Shown here piece after piece: positions 1-9,692 of a DNA stretch of 64,000 nt. The position numbers and the translations under genes are program-made. How positions within the stretch are numbered: the stretch's first letter is position 1; every line of letters begins with the position of its first letter. The DNA is from Minisyncoccia bacterium (GTDB lineage Bacteria > Patescibacteriota > Minisyncoccia > Phycocordibacterales > UBA9973). Location of the stretch: assembly GCA_038323465.1 (NCBI GenBank), contig JBBQGX010000001.1, positions 10,980-74,979 of the forward strand, in the 5' to 3' direction. The notes under the pieces were generated by a model. The model had not been told where the DNA came from and ran no database searches. It was given only the letters and a program-made list of their open reading frames with translations.

Positions 1-194
1 TTATTGGTAATAGCCCCCATTGAGTTGGTAGAAAAAAAAGATGCTAATAATAAAATAAAAATGAGCCAAAAAAAACCTTTAATAGAATTAGGTAATACAC
101 ATCCAAATCCAAATATCCATTCTCCAAACGTAGTTTTTCTAAACCATTTTTTTTTATTATCATTATCTAGCCACTGTTTAAGTTTATTACCCAT
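1..194 (-). CDS. Hypothetical membrane protein, N-terminal part only (gene runs off the window start)
   Basis: Reverse-strand ATG at 192-194 opens a frame that stays open to position 1 (MGNKLKQWLDNDNKKKWFRKTTFGEWIFGFGCVLPNSIKGFFWLIFILLLASFF...). It is hydrophobic and TM-like. It is absent from the ORF track because no stop codon falls inside the window. Confidence 0.35.
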   Translation of the reverse strand, partial: MGNKLKQWLDNDNKKKWFRKTTFGEWIFGFGCVLPNSIKGFFWLIFILLLASFFSTNSMGAITN

Positions 195-200
195 AAATGT

Positions 201-1232
201 TTATATAATTGTATTCCCTGTTTTAATAACGTGGTCGACGAGTGTATACGTATACCCCATTTCATTATCATACCAACCCATAACTTTTACTAGATTACCT
301 CCGACAACACGAGTAAGCTCGAGATCTGCAATACAAGGATGACTTTCTCCGAGGATATCACTTGAAACTAGAGGTTCTGTTGTGATAGTAAATATCTTGT
401 GCCAACGAGGATCATTTGAAGCCTTTGTTAGAATCTCATTTACTTCTTCTTTTGTAGTGTCACGTTTTGCAATGAATGTGATATCGACTATTGATCCTGC
501 AGGGACTGGAACACGGATAGATATACCATCAAATAGACCTTTCAACACTGGAAATGCCTCGGTTACGGCTATAGCTGCACCTGTAGAGCTTGGAATGATA
601 TTCTGAGCTGCTGCACGGCCTTCACGCAAGTCTTTCTTGCTTGGGCCATCAACTAGTGCCTGAGTCGCAGTATAGCCGTGAACAGTATTGAGAATAGCTT
701 TCTCTACACCGATTGCTTCGTGGAGAATTGCAATGAGTGGTGAAGCTGCATTTGTAGTACAAGAAGCATTGGAAGTGATATCACAAGTGCCAAATTTCTC
801 TTCATTCACACCGAGGAGGATCGTCTCGCCGTGTACTGTACTTTCTGCACCCTTTGATGGGGCTGAGATCACGACTTTCTTTGCTCCACAATCAAGATGG
901 AATTTTGCTTTATCAAACGAAGTAAATAGACCTGTAGATTCTACTACTACATCAATTTCTAAATCTTTCCAAGGAAGCTTTGTTGTGTCTTTCTCGGAAA
1001 TAAATTTAACTTCTTTACCATCTATAACAAGATTTGTACCTTTTATCTCTATCTTATGATCCCAATTACGATAAACTGTATCGTGACGGAGTAGATATGC
1101 AAAACTCTCAATAGAACCGAGGTCATTGATAGCTACGACTTCAACCTCTGGATTATCCCAAGTAATTTTTAAAAACGCACGACCTATTCTTCCAAAACCA
1201 TTTATTGCAACACATATTTTTTTATTTTCCAT
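201..1232 (-). CDS. gap: Glyceraldehyde-3-phosphate dehydrogenase
   Basis: N-terminal NAD-binding motif INGFGRIGR. Active-site region ASCTTNA. Full-length 343 aa, typical of GAPDH. Confidence 0.92.
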   Translation of the reverse strand: MENKKICVAINGFGRIGRAFLKITWDNPEVEVVAINDLGSIESFAYLLRHDTVYRNWDHKIEIKGTNLVIDGKEVKFISEKDTTKLPWKDLEIDVVVESTGLFTSFDKAKFHLDCGAKKVVISAPSKGAESTVHGETILLGVNEEKFGTCDITSNASCTTNAASPLIAILHEAIGVEKAILNTVHGYTATQALVDGPSKKDLREGRAAAQNIIPSSTGAAIAVTEAFPVLKGLFDGISIRVPVPAGSIVDITFIAKRDTTKEEVNEILTKASNDPRWHKIFTITTEPLVSSDILGESHPCIADLELTRVVGGNLVKVMGWYDNEMGYTYTLVDHVIKTGNTII

Positions 1233-1250
1233 AAAAATATTATAACACCT

Positions 1251-2666
1251 TTAAGCTAATAATTCTTTTAATAATTTTTGAACAAGAGCGGGGTTGGCGG
1301 AGCCTTTTGTTTCTTTCATGATTTGACCAACTAGTGACATTATAGCATTTTCTTTACCACCTTTATATGTCGCAACAACAGCAGGATTGGTATCAATAAC
1401 TTTTTGAACTATTTCTTTTAGAGCTCCTTCGTCATGATTTTGAATGAGTCCTCTTTCTTGCGCAATTTTTTCTGGAGATTCGTCGTTGAGAACAATCATA
1501 GCTAATATATCTTTAGTTGCACGAGATGATATCATATTATCTGCAACCATATTGATAAGTTCTGCAAAATTCAAGATATTCGGAAGTCGGACTTCCGAAT
1601 TATTCTTTTTAAGCCCAAGATAATCAGAAGTAATATAGTTTGAAGCAGTTTTTATACTATTTTTTTCTTTTAAGATACTGGCAACTTTTTCAAACCAAGA
1701 ACCGAGCTCTATATCTATTATGTAGCTTTCTATATCTTCATCTTTAATACCATAATCATTCCTATAGCGATTCCTTTTGGCTTCTGGAAGTTCAGGAAGT
1801 TCACTTTTTAATTTTTCTATATCAAATATTTTAGATAAATATAATTTTGGTAAATCTGGGTCTGGAAAATATCGATAATCATTAGCATTCTCTTTTACAC
1901 GTTGACTAAATGTAGACTGTTTATTTTCATCCCAACCACGAGTTTCTTGAATTATTTCGCTTCCTCTTCCACTATCTAATAATTCTGTCATTCTTTTCAC
2001 TTCATATTCAGCAGCTCTTTCCATCGCACGAAAAGAGTTGATATTCTTAACCTCTACTTTTGTGCCAAGTACTTTTTCATCTTCTGATATAGAAATATTT
2101 AATTCAACTCTCATCTGACCTTTATCCATATTCGCTTCAGATACTCCTAAATATCGGAGTACTGCTTGTAATTCTCTACCAAATTCACCTGCTTGTTTAG
2201 AGGTATGGATAACAGGTTCTGTTACTAGTTCCATGAGAGGTACTCCAGCACGATTAAAATCTACAAGAGAATAATCCCCTCTATCATGTTTACTTGTAGC
2301 TGTATCTTCTTCTAGATGTACACGAGTGATATCTACTCCTTTTAATTTACCACCAGAAACAATTGGAAACTTATACTGAGATATCTGATAAGCTTTTGGT
2401 ATATCTGGGTAAAAATAATTTTTTCTATCAAATTCTGTAAAGTCAGCAATATTGGCACCGAGTGCTAGTCCAACCTTGATGACGCTCTCTACTGCTTTTT
2501 TATTTATAACTGGAAGAGTTCCGGGATGTGCCATACAGACTGGACAAATATTTATATTTGGTTTTTGCTCATCTGGATCATTTTTACATCCACAAAACAT
2601 CTTTGAATTTGTATTTAATTCAGCATGGATTTCAAGCCCTATTGTTGTATAATATACTTTAGACAT
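1251..2666 (-). CDS. gatB: Asp/Glu-tRNA(Asn/Gln) amidotransferase subunit B
   Basis: GatB/GatE catalytic core (LEIHAELNT, HLEEDT) and a C-terminal YqeY-like tail. Length 471 aa. Confidence 0.9.
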   Translation of the reverse strand: MSKVYYTTIGLEIHAELNTNSKMFCGCKNDPDEQKPNINICPVCMAHPGTLPVINKKAVESVIKVGLALGANIADFTEFDRKNYFYPDIPKAYQISQYKFPIVSGGKLKGVDITRVHLEEDTATSKHDRGDYSLVDFNRAGVPLMELVTEPVIHTSKQAGEFGRELQAVLRYLGVSEANMDKGQMRVELNISISEDEKVLGTKVEVKNINSFRAMERAAEYEVKRMTELLDSGRGSEIIQETRGWDENKQSTFSQRVKENANDYRYFPDPDLPKLYLSKIFDIEKLKSELPELPEAKRNRYRNDYGIKDEDIESYIIDIELGSWFEKVASILKEKNSIKTASNYITSDYLGLKKNNSEVRLPNILNFAELINMVADNMISSRATKDILAMIVLNDESPEKIAQERGLIQNHDEGALKEIVQKVIDTNPAVVATYKGGKENAIMSLVGQIMKETKGSANPALVQKLLKELLA

Positions 2667-2727
2667 AGAGATAGTATAGCAAAATTTGTAAAATTTAAAA
2701 ACCTAACTAAAGTCAGGATTTTAAATT

Positions 2728-2746
2728 TGTGCCCGAGGTGGGAATC
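2728..2746. repeat. 19-nt direct duplicate of the tRNA-Leu 3' end (tgtgcccgaggtgggaatc); the second copy is at 2874-2892
   Basis: Exact 19-nt match to the acceptor/T-arm 3' portion of the downstream tRNA-Leu, including the 2 nt beyond its 3' end. The downstream sequence diverges immediately, so this is not a second tRNA. Confidence 0.6.
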
Positions 2747-2840
2747 ATGAGTACATGTTCGGTCGGGCATATTTTTCTGCTGAAAAATTGCACGACCCTG
2801 CCTCCTGCCGACGCAGTCCGGCTTTCGATTTCCACATCTA

Positions 2841-2872
2841 AAAAATAAGCAATTCCCATTGCTTATTTTTTG
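2841..2872 (-). terminator. Rho-independent terminator downstream of tRNA-Leu (hairpin is bidirectional in form)
   Basis: Perfect 10-bp stem aataagcaat/attgcttatt with a tccc loop. It is flanked by an A-run on the plus strand, which gives a T-run on the minus strand. Confidence 0.5.
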
Positions 2873-2875
2873 CTG

Positions 2876-2957
2876 TGCCCGAGGTGGGAATCGAACCCAC
2901 ATCCCTTACGAGACACGATTTTAAGTCGTGCGCGTATACCAGTTCCGCCACTCGGGC
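2876..2957 (-). tRNA. tRNA-Leu, anticodon UAA
   Basis: The reverse complement folds as a cloverleaf. Acceptor stem is GCCCGAG/CTCGGGC and the discriminator is A. The anticodon stem is CACGA/TCGTG with loop CUUAAAA (anticodon UAA). It has a long variable arm and a T-arm GTGGG-TTCGATT-CCCAC. The CCA end is not encoded. Confidence 0.85.
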
Positions 2958-3006
2958 AATTAACTTACAGATAATATAATTACATATTTTAATCTTTTTT
3001 ACAACT

Positions 3007-4284
3007 TTATTTTTTAAACATAGTAGAAATTAATGAAGGTAGATATAAACTTGGATCTAAGTATGCTGTTAATGCAGATATGGGTTGAGTAAATATTTTT
3101 CCACCACAACTCTTACTTGGCACTGTAGCCACATTGACTCCATCTGAAGCATATACAGCTACATGTAAGTGTGGACCTGTAGAAGAGCCTGTATTTCCTG
3201 AGTATGCCACCACGTCACCTGCATTTACTTTATCCCCGATATTAGCTTTTATGGAAGAGAGGTGTCCATAAGTACTTGAGAGTCCATTGTTATATTTTAT
3301 AAATACCCATTTACCAAAAGAAGCTCCTTTGCATGCAATATCTGTATCACCTGTACCCAACACTGTACCAGAAGCCATAGCCATAACTTTTGTGCCGATA
3401 GAAGCTCTAAAATCTAATCCATAATGGAATCTACCCCATCTAGACCCATAAGGGGATGTTATTATCACACTGCTTAGTGGAAAAGATAAAACACCTGAGC
3501 CAGATTTTGGTATAAGTTTAGGGTTCAAAATAAATTTTAATTGAGATTCATAATCAGATAAACTTTTTTCAAAAGCATTTTTCCTTTTTTCTGTTTCAGC
3601 TAAAAGTTTTTGGTAATTTGATTCTTTATTTTTAGTTTCTATAAGTAGTGTATCTTTTTCTTTTTTATTAGCTTCAATTTCAGCCTGTTTTTGAGCTAAA
3701 CTGATTTTTAATTTATTTAAAGCTTCTTGCTCAGTTTCTTTTTTATTTTTTGTAACAGTTAGAACTTCTGTTTCAGTTGTAACTTTTTGAATTTGAAATT
3801 TAATATTATTATTTATACTAATAATATTATTATATTCCTGACTAGCTTCACTAATATTATTTTTTGACAATAATTTGAGTAAAAAAGTTTCATTATCTTG
3901 CTGATATAAACTTTTTAAAAATACTCCTAAATATCCTTTTACTTCTTTTATTGTATTATTATGTATAACAATTTCATCACTGAGTGAATTTATTATTATT
4001 CCTGTTGCATTAATTTTCTTTTGAGTTTGTGTTTTTTCAATCACCAATTTATCTCTTTTCAAGATTAATTCTTTAATAGCACTCGAGAGAGTCTTTTTTT
4101 GAGTACCTGTAATAGTTATTTGACCATTTAAGGCCTCAATTTGCTTATTTAACTGCTCAATTTGACTATTCGTTTCATTTATTTGCCCTCTAAGTTCATC
4201 AGCTGTTTGAGCAGATGAGTATTGTGAAAAAACTAAAATAGCCAACAGTACAATAAAAAATATGATGAATTTAATTTTCTTCAT
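3007..4284 (-). CDS. Secreted coiled-coil M23 family metallopeptidase (EnvC/NlpD-like peptidoglycan hydrolase)
   Basis: N-terminal signal peptide followed by a long Q/E/K-rich coiled coil. The C-terminal LytM/M23 domain carries HYGLDF ... GPHLHV zinc-ligand motifs. Confidence 0.8.
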   Translation of the reverse strand: MKKIKFIIFFIVLLAILVFSQYSSAQTADELRGQINETNSQIEQLNKQIEALNGQITITGTQKKTLSSAIKELILKRDKLVIEKTQTQKKINATGIIINSLSDEIVIHNNTIKEVKGYLGVFLKSLYQQDNETFLLKLLSKNNISEASQEYNNIISINNNIKFQIQKVTTETEVLTVTKNKKETEQEALNKLKISLAQKQAEIEANKKEKDTLLIETKNKESNYQKLLAETEKRKNAFEKSLSDYESQLKFILNPKLIPKSGSGVLSFPLSSVIITSPYGSRWGRFHYGLDFRASIGTKVMAMASGTVLGTGDTDIACKGASFGKWVFIKYNNGLSSTYGHLSSIKANIGDKVNAGDVVAYSGNTGSSTGPHLHVAVYASDGVNVATVPSKSCGGKIFTQPISALTAYLDPSLYLPSLISTMFKK

Positions 4285-4353
4285 TACTTTTACTATTATA
4301 GCATTTTATAGACTTAATGTTGAAATCTGATGAAGTTCGGCTTTATTAGATTG

Positions 4354-5793
4354 TTAGTTTAATAAAGAGATAGCTTTATTTATTCGTTTGACTGTTTCTT
4401 CTCTACCTAAAATTTCTGATAAAATAAAAGGGTCAGGTGATTTATCAAGCCCTGAAAGAGCAAAACGAACAGGATGAAGAACTTGTCCTCTATTTTCTTT
4501 ACTATTTGCAACCTTCATCAATAGATTTTTAATATCTTCAGAATTCCAATCACCCTCTTCTGCCCTCTCTATAACCTCTAAAACTTCTTTTAGATTATTT
4601 AATATAATTTCTTTTTTTGTATCTTTATAAATTAATTTATCTGCAAAATATTCGGGTTTCTTGTAAAAGAAATCGAGTTCTCCCTCATCTATCATATTCT
4701 TAATATCTCCAAATTTAGAGATGCGTTCAATAATAATAGGAATAATCTTTTTAATTTGCAATTCTTTTGGCAACCATTCAAATACATATTTTTCTAAATC
4801 TTCTTTTGAAAGTAGTTTAATGTGTTCTTTGTTTATCCAGTCTAGTTTTTCTTCACTAAAACCACCTCCGCTTATGTGTATGTGTTTAATATCAAAAAGT
4901 TCAACAAATTCTTCTTTTGTGAGTATTTCCTTTTTACCACCTGGATTCCATCCAATAAATGCAAGAAAATTTATCATAGCATCTGGTAAATAACCTTCTT
5001 TTTTGTATTCAAGAAAATCTTTTGCCCCATCTCTTTTCCCAAGTTTTTTTTTACCATCTGTTCCCATAATTGGAGGTAACATAACAAATTCAGGTCTTTT
5101 TATTTCTAGGGCATCATATATAGATAAAAATTTTGGAGTTGATGATATAAATTCATCTCCACGCATTATGTGGGTAACTCCCATTTCTAAATCATCTATA
5201 ATATGTGCAAAATTATAAGTAGGATAACCATCACTTTTAATTATTACAAAATCATCAAGTGCCTCAGGCCCTGCTTTTAAGTGCCCACGTACAAGATCTT
5301 CCCATTCATAACTTTTTATATCTGTTACTTTAAAACGAAGTGGCATAGTTTGATCCCAAGCTGGTGGATTTTCTGGTCTATGATCACGATATAAAAATGG
5401 TCTTTTCTCTATATCAGCTTTTACACGAAATGCTTCCACTTCTTCTTCTGTGTATGGATCAGCATAAGCCAATCCTTTTTCTATTAAAACTTTTGCATAT
5501 TTTTGGTAAGAATCTAATCTTTCTGATTGTTTATATGGTGCATTTGGTCCTCCTATATCTGGTCCTTCATCCCAATTAATTCCAATCCATTTAAGTGACT
5601 TAATAATATGTTCTATTGACCCTTCTACTTCGCGGGCTTTGTCGGTGTCTTCTATTCTTAGAATAAATGTACCGTTATTTTTCTTTGCGTAAGCCCAAGC
5701 ATATAGAGCTGTACGAACATTCCCAACATGTATAAACCCTGTTGGTGATGGAGCAAAACGAGTTATCACTTTTTTATTATTTGTATTTTCCAT
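4354..5793 (-). CDS. gltX: Glutamyl-tRNA synthetase
   Basis: Class I aaRS with the HIGH region (PSPTGFIHVGN), a KMSKS-like KLGKR motif and the GluRS anticodon-binding C-terminus. Confidence 0.9.
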   Translation of the reverse strand: MENTNNKKVITRFAPSPTGFIHVGNVRTALYAWAYAKKNNGTFILRIEDTDKAREVEGSIEHIIKSLKWIGINWDEGPDIGGPNAPYKQSERLDSYQKYAKVLIEKGLAYADPYTEEEVEAFRVKADIEKRPFLYRDHRPENPPAWDQTMPLRFKVTDIKSYEWEDLVRGHLKAGPEALDDFVIIKSDGYPTYNFAHIIDDLEMGVTHIMRGDEFISSTPKFLSIYDALEIKRPEFVMLPPIMGTDGKKKLGKRDGAKDFLEYKKEGYLPDAMINFLAFIGWNPGGKKEILTKEEFVELFDIKHIHISGGGFSEEKLDWINKEHIKLLSKEDLEKYVFEWLPKELQIKKIIPIIIERISKFGDIKNMIDEGELDFFYKKPEYFADKLIYKDTKKEIILNNLKEVLEVIERAEEGDWNSEDIKNLLMKVANSKENRGQVLHPVRFALSGLDKSPDPFILSEILGREETVKRINKAISLLN

Positions 5794-5798
5794 AATTT

Positions 5799-6932
5799 TT
5801 ATGATATTAATTCATGACTTTGGGCTATTTTGATAGCTTCTTCAGCAATTTTTAAAGCTGCGTCTGGAGAGGCAAATTTTAGAGCACTTTTTTTCATCAA
5901 AATGAGTTTTTCTTTGTTATTTATCATTTTATCAATTTCAGAAATAAGTAGATGAGGAGTGAGATTCCCTTCATCTATTACTTCAGCGGCTCCACTTCGG
6001 GCATAATTATAAGCATTTTTTCTCTGGTGATTTCCATTACTATTTGTGATAGGAATAATTATTGAAGGAATACCCCATGAAGCTATTTCAAATATCATTG
6101 AACCTGCTCGCGAGATAACAATTGTAGCGATCCCTGCTGCCATACGAGTAGCTAGATTATTCAAGTACGGCAAAGGAACATATCTAGTAATATTGTCATT
6201 ATTCTCCATAACAAGTTTTGAACGACCTTGTACATCTTCGATATTGTTGATACCAGCTTGATGAATAATTTGATATTTAGATAGAAGATCAGGTAATACT
6301 TCAATGATTATGTTATTAATGATTTCAGCACCGAGAGACCCTCCAACAACTAATATAACTGGTAAGTCAGAAGTAAGTTTAAAGAATTCATAAGCTCCTT
6401 CAGAGTCACCGTGCAAAATATTTTTCCTTATAGGTTGACCAGTGAGAGCTGTTTTTTCTTTTGGTAAATATTCAATCGCTTCAGGCCATGAGATCGCGAC
6501 TTTCTGAGCAAATTTGGCGGTCCAGACATTCAATCTCCCTGGGTATGAATCTGATTCATGAACAATCACTGGGATACGGAGCAATTTGGCGGCAAAGACA
6601 GCTGGAAAGGCAGCGTAACCACCTTTTGATATTATGACATCAGGATATATAAAAAACATACTAATCAAACCAAAAAACATACCTGTCGCAGTTTTAAATA
6701 AGTCAGAGATATTTCGGAAAGAAAAATATAAACGCATTTTACCTGAAGGAATTTGAACATAAGTAATACCATTTTCAAAAAGCATACGTTTGTCGTAAGG
6801 ATGGTCGGACATATAATAAAGTTTCAAATCAATGATTTTCTGTTTATCAGAAACTTCCACAAGTTTTTCAGCAATAGCGATAAGTGGGTAAAAATGCCCA
6901 CCTGTTCCACCCCCTGTAAGTAATATTTTCAT
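5799..6932 (-). CDS. murG: UDP-GlcNAc:lipid I N-acetylglucosaminyltransferase
   Basis: GT28 fold with the N-terminal G-loop GGGTGGHFYPL. It lies next to ftsW and mraY in the conserved dcw order. Confidence 0.9.
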   Translation of the reverse strand: MKILLTGGGTGGHFYPLIAIAEKLVEVSDKQKIIDLKLYYMSDHPYDKRMLFENGITYVQIPSGKMRLYFSFRNISDLFKTATGMFFGLISMFFIYPDVIISKGGYAAFPAVFAAKLLRIPVIVHESDSYPGRLNVWTAKFAQKVAISWPEAIEYLPKEKTALTGQPIRKNILHGDSEGAYEFFKLTSDLPVILVVGGSLGAEIINNIIIEVLPDLLSKYQIIHQAGINNIEDVQGRSKLVMENNDNITRYVPLPYLNNLATRMAAGIATIVISRAGSMIFEIASWGIPSIIIPITNSNGNHQRKNAYNYARSGAAEVIDEGNLTPHLLISEIDKMINNKEKLILMKKSALKFASPDAALKIAEEAIKIAQSHELIS

Positions 6933-6981
6933 ATGTATAATTATAATTCATTTCTGGATTTTTTTCTAGTATAAATTTTTA

Positions 6982-8085
6982 TTACTTAATTTTCTTTTGA
7001 AATTTAGAAATATTTAAAATAATACCCATTAAACCAATGTCAAGTAATAATGCTGTTCCACCATGAGATACAAAGACAAGTGGCACTCCTGTGAGTGGAA
7101 ATACTCCTATAATAGAAGCAATATTCATAAATGATTGTGCTATTATCATCGTAATAATACCTATAACAAAAAGCTTTGAAAATGAGTCTGGAGCATAGTG
7201 AGCTATACGATATCCTCGCATTGCAAATGCAACATAGAGACAGATGAGTATAGATCCACCTATAAATCCCATTTCTTCGCCTACCACAGCAAATATTGAG
7301 TCTCCTTGTGGTTCTGGTAAGTAATTAAATTTCTGAATACTTTGTCCCAATCCTCTTCCTGCTATTCCTCCTGAACCAATAGCAATTAAAGATTGTTGAA
7401 TTTGATAAGATGAAGTACTACCATTTTGGTTTGGATTTAAGAATGTAGTAATTCTACTTTTTAAATAAGGAGTTGTGAAAGCCAAAATTCCAAATAATAA
7501 AATAAAAATTGCAAGCATTCCTAGAATATATTTCCATGGAGTACCAGAAACAAAAAGCATTACAAGAGCTGTAGCTGTAATTAAGATTAAACTTTTTGTA
7601 TCTGGTTGATTTATTAGAACAGCTGTTATTATTCCTAAAAAGATTATTAGAGGAATTAAACTAAAACGGATATCTTTTACTTTATTCTTCACCCAAGAAA
7701 GCCAAGCTGCAAAATAAATTACAAATCCAATCTTTAGAAATTCAACTGGTTGAATTGAGACACCAAAAATATTAATCCATCTTCGTGAACCACCATGAGC
7801 AAATCCTAGGCCTGGTACAAATACGAGTACTGTAACTATTATAGAAGAAATAAATAAAGGGAGAGAATATTGTCTCCAAAATTTATAAGGAATTCGGAAT
7901 CCAAAATAAAGTGCTACAAGTCCACCACCGAGCCCAAATATTAATTGATTAAATATAACTCCATAAAATTTAGTTTCATTTTTATTTAAGATACCAAGGG
8001 ACGCTGAAATAAACATTATCACTCCAATAACTAAGAGTGAAATAACTATCCCAAAAAATATTTTGTCAATTTTGTTTTTATTCAT
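6982..8085 (-). CDS. ftsW: SEDS family peptidoglycan polymerase (FtsW/RodA)
   Basis: Ten-TM SEDS protein with the conserved loop QPVEFLKIGFVIYFAAWL. It sits between mraY and murG, which favours ftsW. Confidence 0.85.
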   Translation of the reverse strand: MNKNKIDKIFFGIVISLLVIGVIMFISASLGILNKNETKFYGVIFNQLIFGLGGGLVALYFGFRIPYKFWRQYSLPLFISSIIVTVLVFVPGLGFAHGGSRRWINIFGVSIQPVEFLKIGFVIYFAAWLSWVKNKVKDIRFSLIPLIIFLGIITAVLINQPDTKSLILITATALVMLFVSGTPWKYILGMLAIFILLFGILAFTTPYLKSRITTFLNPNQNGSTSSYQIQQSLIAIGSGGIAGRGLGQSIQKFNYLPEPQGDSIFAVVGEEMGFIGGSILICLYVAFAMRGYRIAHYAPDSFSKLFVIGIITMIIAQSFMNIASIIGVFPLTGVPLVFVSHGGTALLLDIGLMGIILNISKFQKKIK

Positions 8086-8094
8086 TTAAAACTT

Positions 8095-9177
8095 TTAACT
8101 TATAAGTGAAATAATAACACCTAGTGCTGAAGACATAATACCAACTATCCAGTAACGCATCGTCACTTTATATTTAGGCCAACCGAGAGCTTCAAAATGA
8201 TGATGAAGTGGGGCAAAAAGAAATACCTTTTTACCATGACAAAATCTTCTTGAGGTCATTTGAATGATACCAGAAAGAGATGTGATAAACAAAGGAAAAG
8301 CAATAATTGGTAAAAGTAAGACTGTGTTTGTTAAAAAAGCAATAACAGAAAGAGTAACAGTTAATCCTATCATTCCTGTTTCTCCCATGTAGAATCTTGC
8401 CGGAGGGATATTGAACCATAAAAATGCTAATATTCCTCCAGTAATAACAGCACAAAACCCCGCTAAATTAAATTGGCCATTTAAAAATGCAATCAGAGAG
8501 TATGCCATAAAAATAGAAGATAGAACTCCACCAGAGAGCCCGTCTATTCCATCAATAACAGAAGTTGACCACATTGAAAACATTATAAAAATAAAGAATG
8601 GAATAAATAATAATCCTAATTTAATAAATCCAAACCATGGAATGTATAATTCTGAATATCCGAGTTTGAAATAAAACCACAAACTAATAATTAATCCTAA
8701 TATCAAAATAATTCCTATTTTTATATATCTTAAAACTATTGGATCAGTTATCCATTTCCCTCGACCAAAAATTTGTAAAAAATCATCTCCTAATCCAATA
8801 AATGAGGCAATTATTAAAGTAAAAAAAGGTAATAAAGTTTCACTACGACTTATAAAATAAAAAGTATTTGTTGTATCACTATAGAATAAATAATCAATAA
8901 TTTCAGTAATGGCAAGTGTTAATATTACTGAGATCCAAATAATAATTCCACCTGTTCGAGGAGTTGAGAGTTCAGATTTTTCATCATGTATTTTTTGAAA
9001 ACCAGAAACTTCTTTATCGGGAATATTTTGAACTCGACCAACTCTGCGCCACATACGATATTTATAAAAATAATGCGTCGCAATTGGAGTTAATAAAACT
9101 CCAACAATAAATGAAATAATTGCTGGCAAAAAAACTTTAATTGCATTACTCATGATTTTCATCTTGATTAATAACAC
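8095..9177 (-). CDS. mraY: Phospho-N-acetylmuramoyl-pentapeptide transferase
   Basis: Polytopic membrane protein with MraY motifs GLGDD and PLHHHFE. Confidence 0.9.
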   Translation of the reverse strand: MLLIKMKIMSNAIKVFLPAIISFIVGVLLTPIATHYFYKYRMWRRVGRVQNIPDKEVSGFQKIHDEKSELSTPRTGGIIIWISVILTLAITEIIDYLFYSDTTNTFYFISRSETLLPFFTLIIASFIGLGDDFLQIFGRGKWITDPIVLRYIKIGIILILGLIISLWFYFKLGYSELYIPWFGFIKLGLLFIPFFIFIMFSMWSTSVIDGIDGLSGGVLSSIFMAYSLIAFLNGQFNLAGFCAVITGGILAFLWFNIPPARFYMGETGMIGLTVTLSVIAFLTNTVLLLPIIAFPLFITSLSGIIQMTSRRFCHGKKVFLFAPLHHHFEALGWPKYKVTMRYWIVGIMSSALGVIISLIS

Positions 9178-9691
9178 CTGAAAGTAAAGCGACGACTTGC
9201 TCGTAATTTGGTAAATCCTTAATTGAAGCTACTCCCATATATGTCAATGTTTCAAAAGTTGGACAATATAATACTCGACGATTATCTTTACTGTCCATAA
9301 CTTTCTCCACTAATCCACGAACTAGCAAATTGCGTAAAATGAAACTAGAATTAACTCCTCTAACATAATCTATTTCACTTCGAGAAATTCTATTTTTATA
9401 TAAAACAATTGACAAAGTTTCAAGCGATGCCTTTGAAAGTTCTTTAGTGATTTCATCTTTACGAATTGATTCTATAATAGATGATAATTCTCCAGTGATT
9501 CCAAGTACTACTTTGTCATCTTTCCTTACTAACACAAGACCACGTCCACTAAGTGACTGCTCTAAAATCTTTAATCCTTCTTCTATTTCATTTTCTGGAA
9601 CATTCAAAAGCAGAGAGAGTGACTTAATAGAAACATCTTCTCCTTTATAAAATAGCAATCCTTCAATTTTAGACTCTAATGATATGGACAT
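9146..9691 (-). CDS. scpB: Segregation and condensation protein B
   Basis: Tandem winged-helix ScpB fold (IEGLLFYKGEDVSIKSL...). It lies immediately downstream of scpA. Confidence 0.8.
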   Translation of the reverse strand: MSISLESKIEGLLFYKGEDVSIKSLSLLLNVPENEIEEGLKILEQSLSGRGLVLVRKDDKVVLGITGELSSIIESIRKDEITKELSKASLETLSIVLYKNRISRSEIDYVRGVNSSFILRNLLVRGLVEKVMDSKDNRRVLYCPTFETLTYMGVASIKDLPNYEQVVALLSGVINQDENHE

Positions 9692-9692
9692 A

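Noticed and set aside
4-1059. Plus-strand ORFs 4-342, 382-606 and 688-1059
   Set aside because: They are antisense shadows inside and next to the strongly supported minus-strand gap gene and the partial upstream gene. They have low-complexity translations and no motifs.
2639-2902. 87-aa minus-strand ORF
   Set aside because: It overlaps the tRNA-Leu gene, its terminator and the gatB 5' end. The Cys/Arg-rich translation is typical of reading GC-rich RNA-gene DNA.
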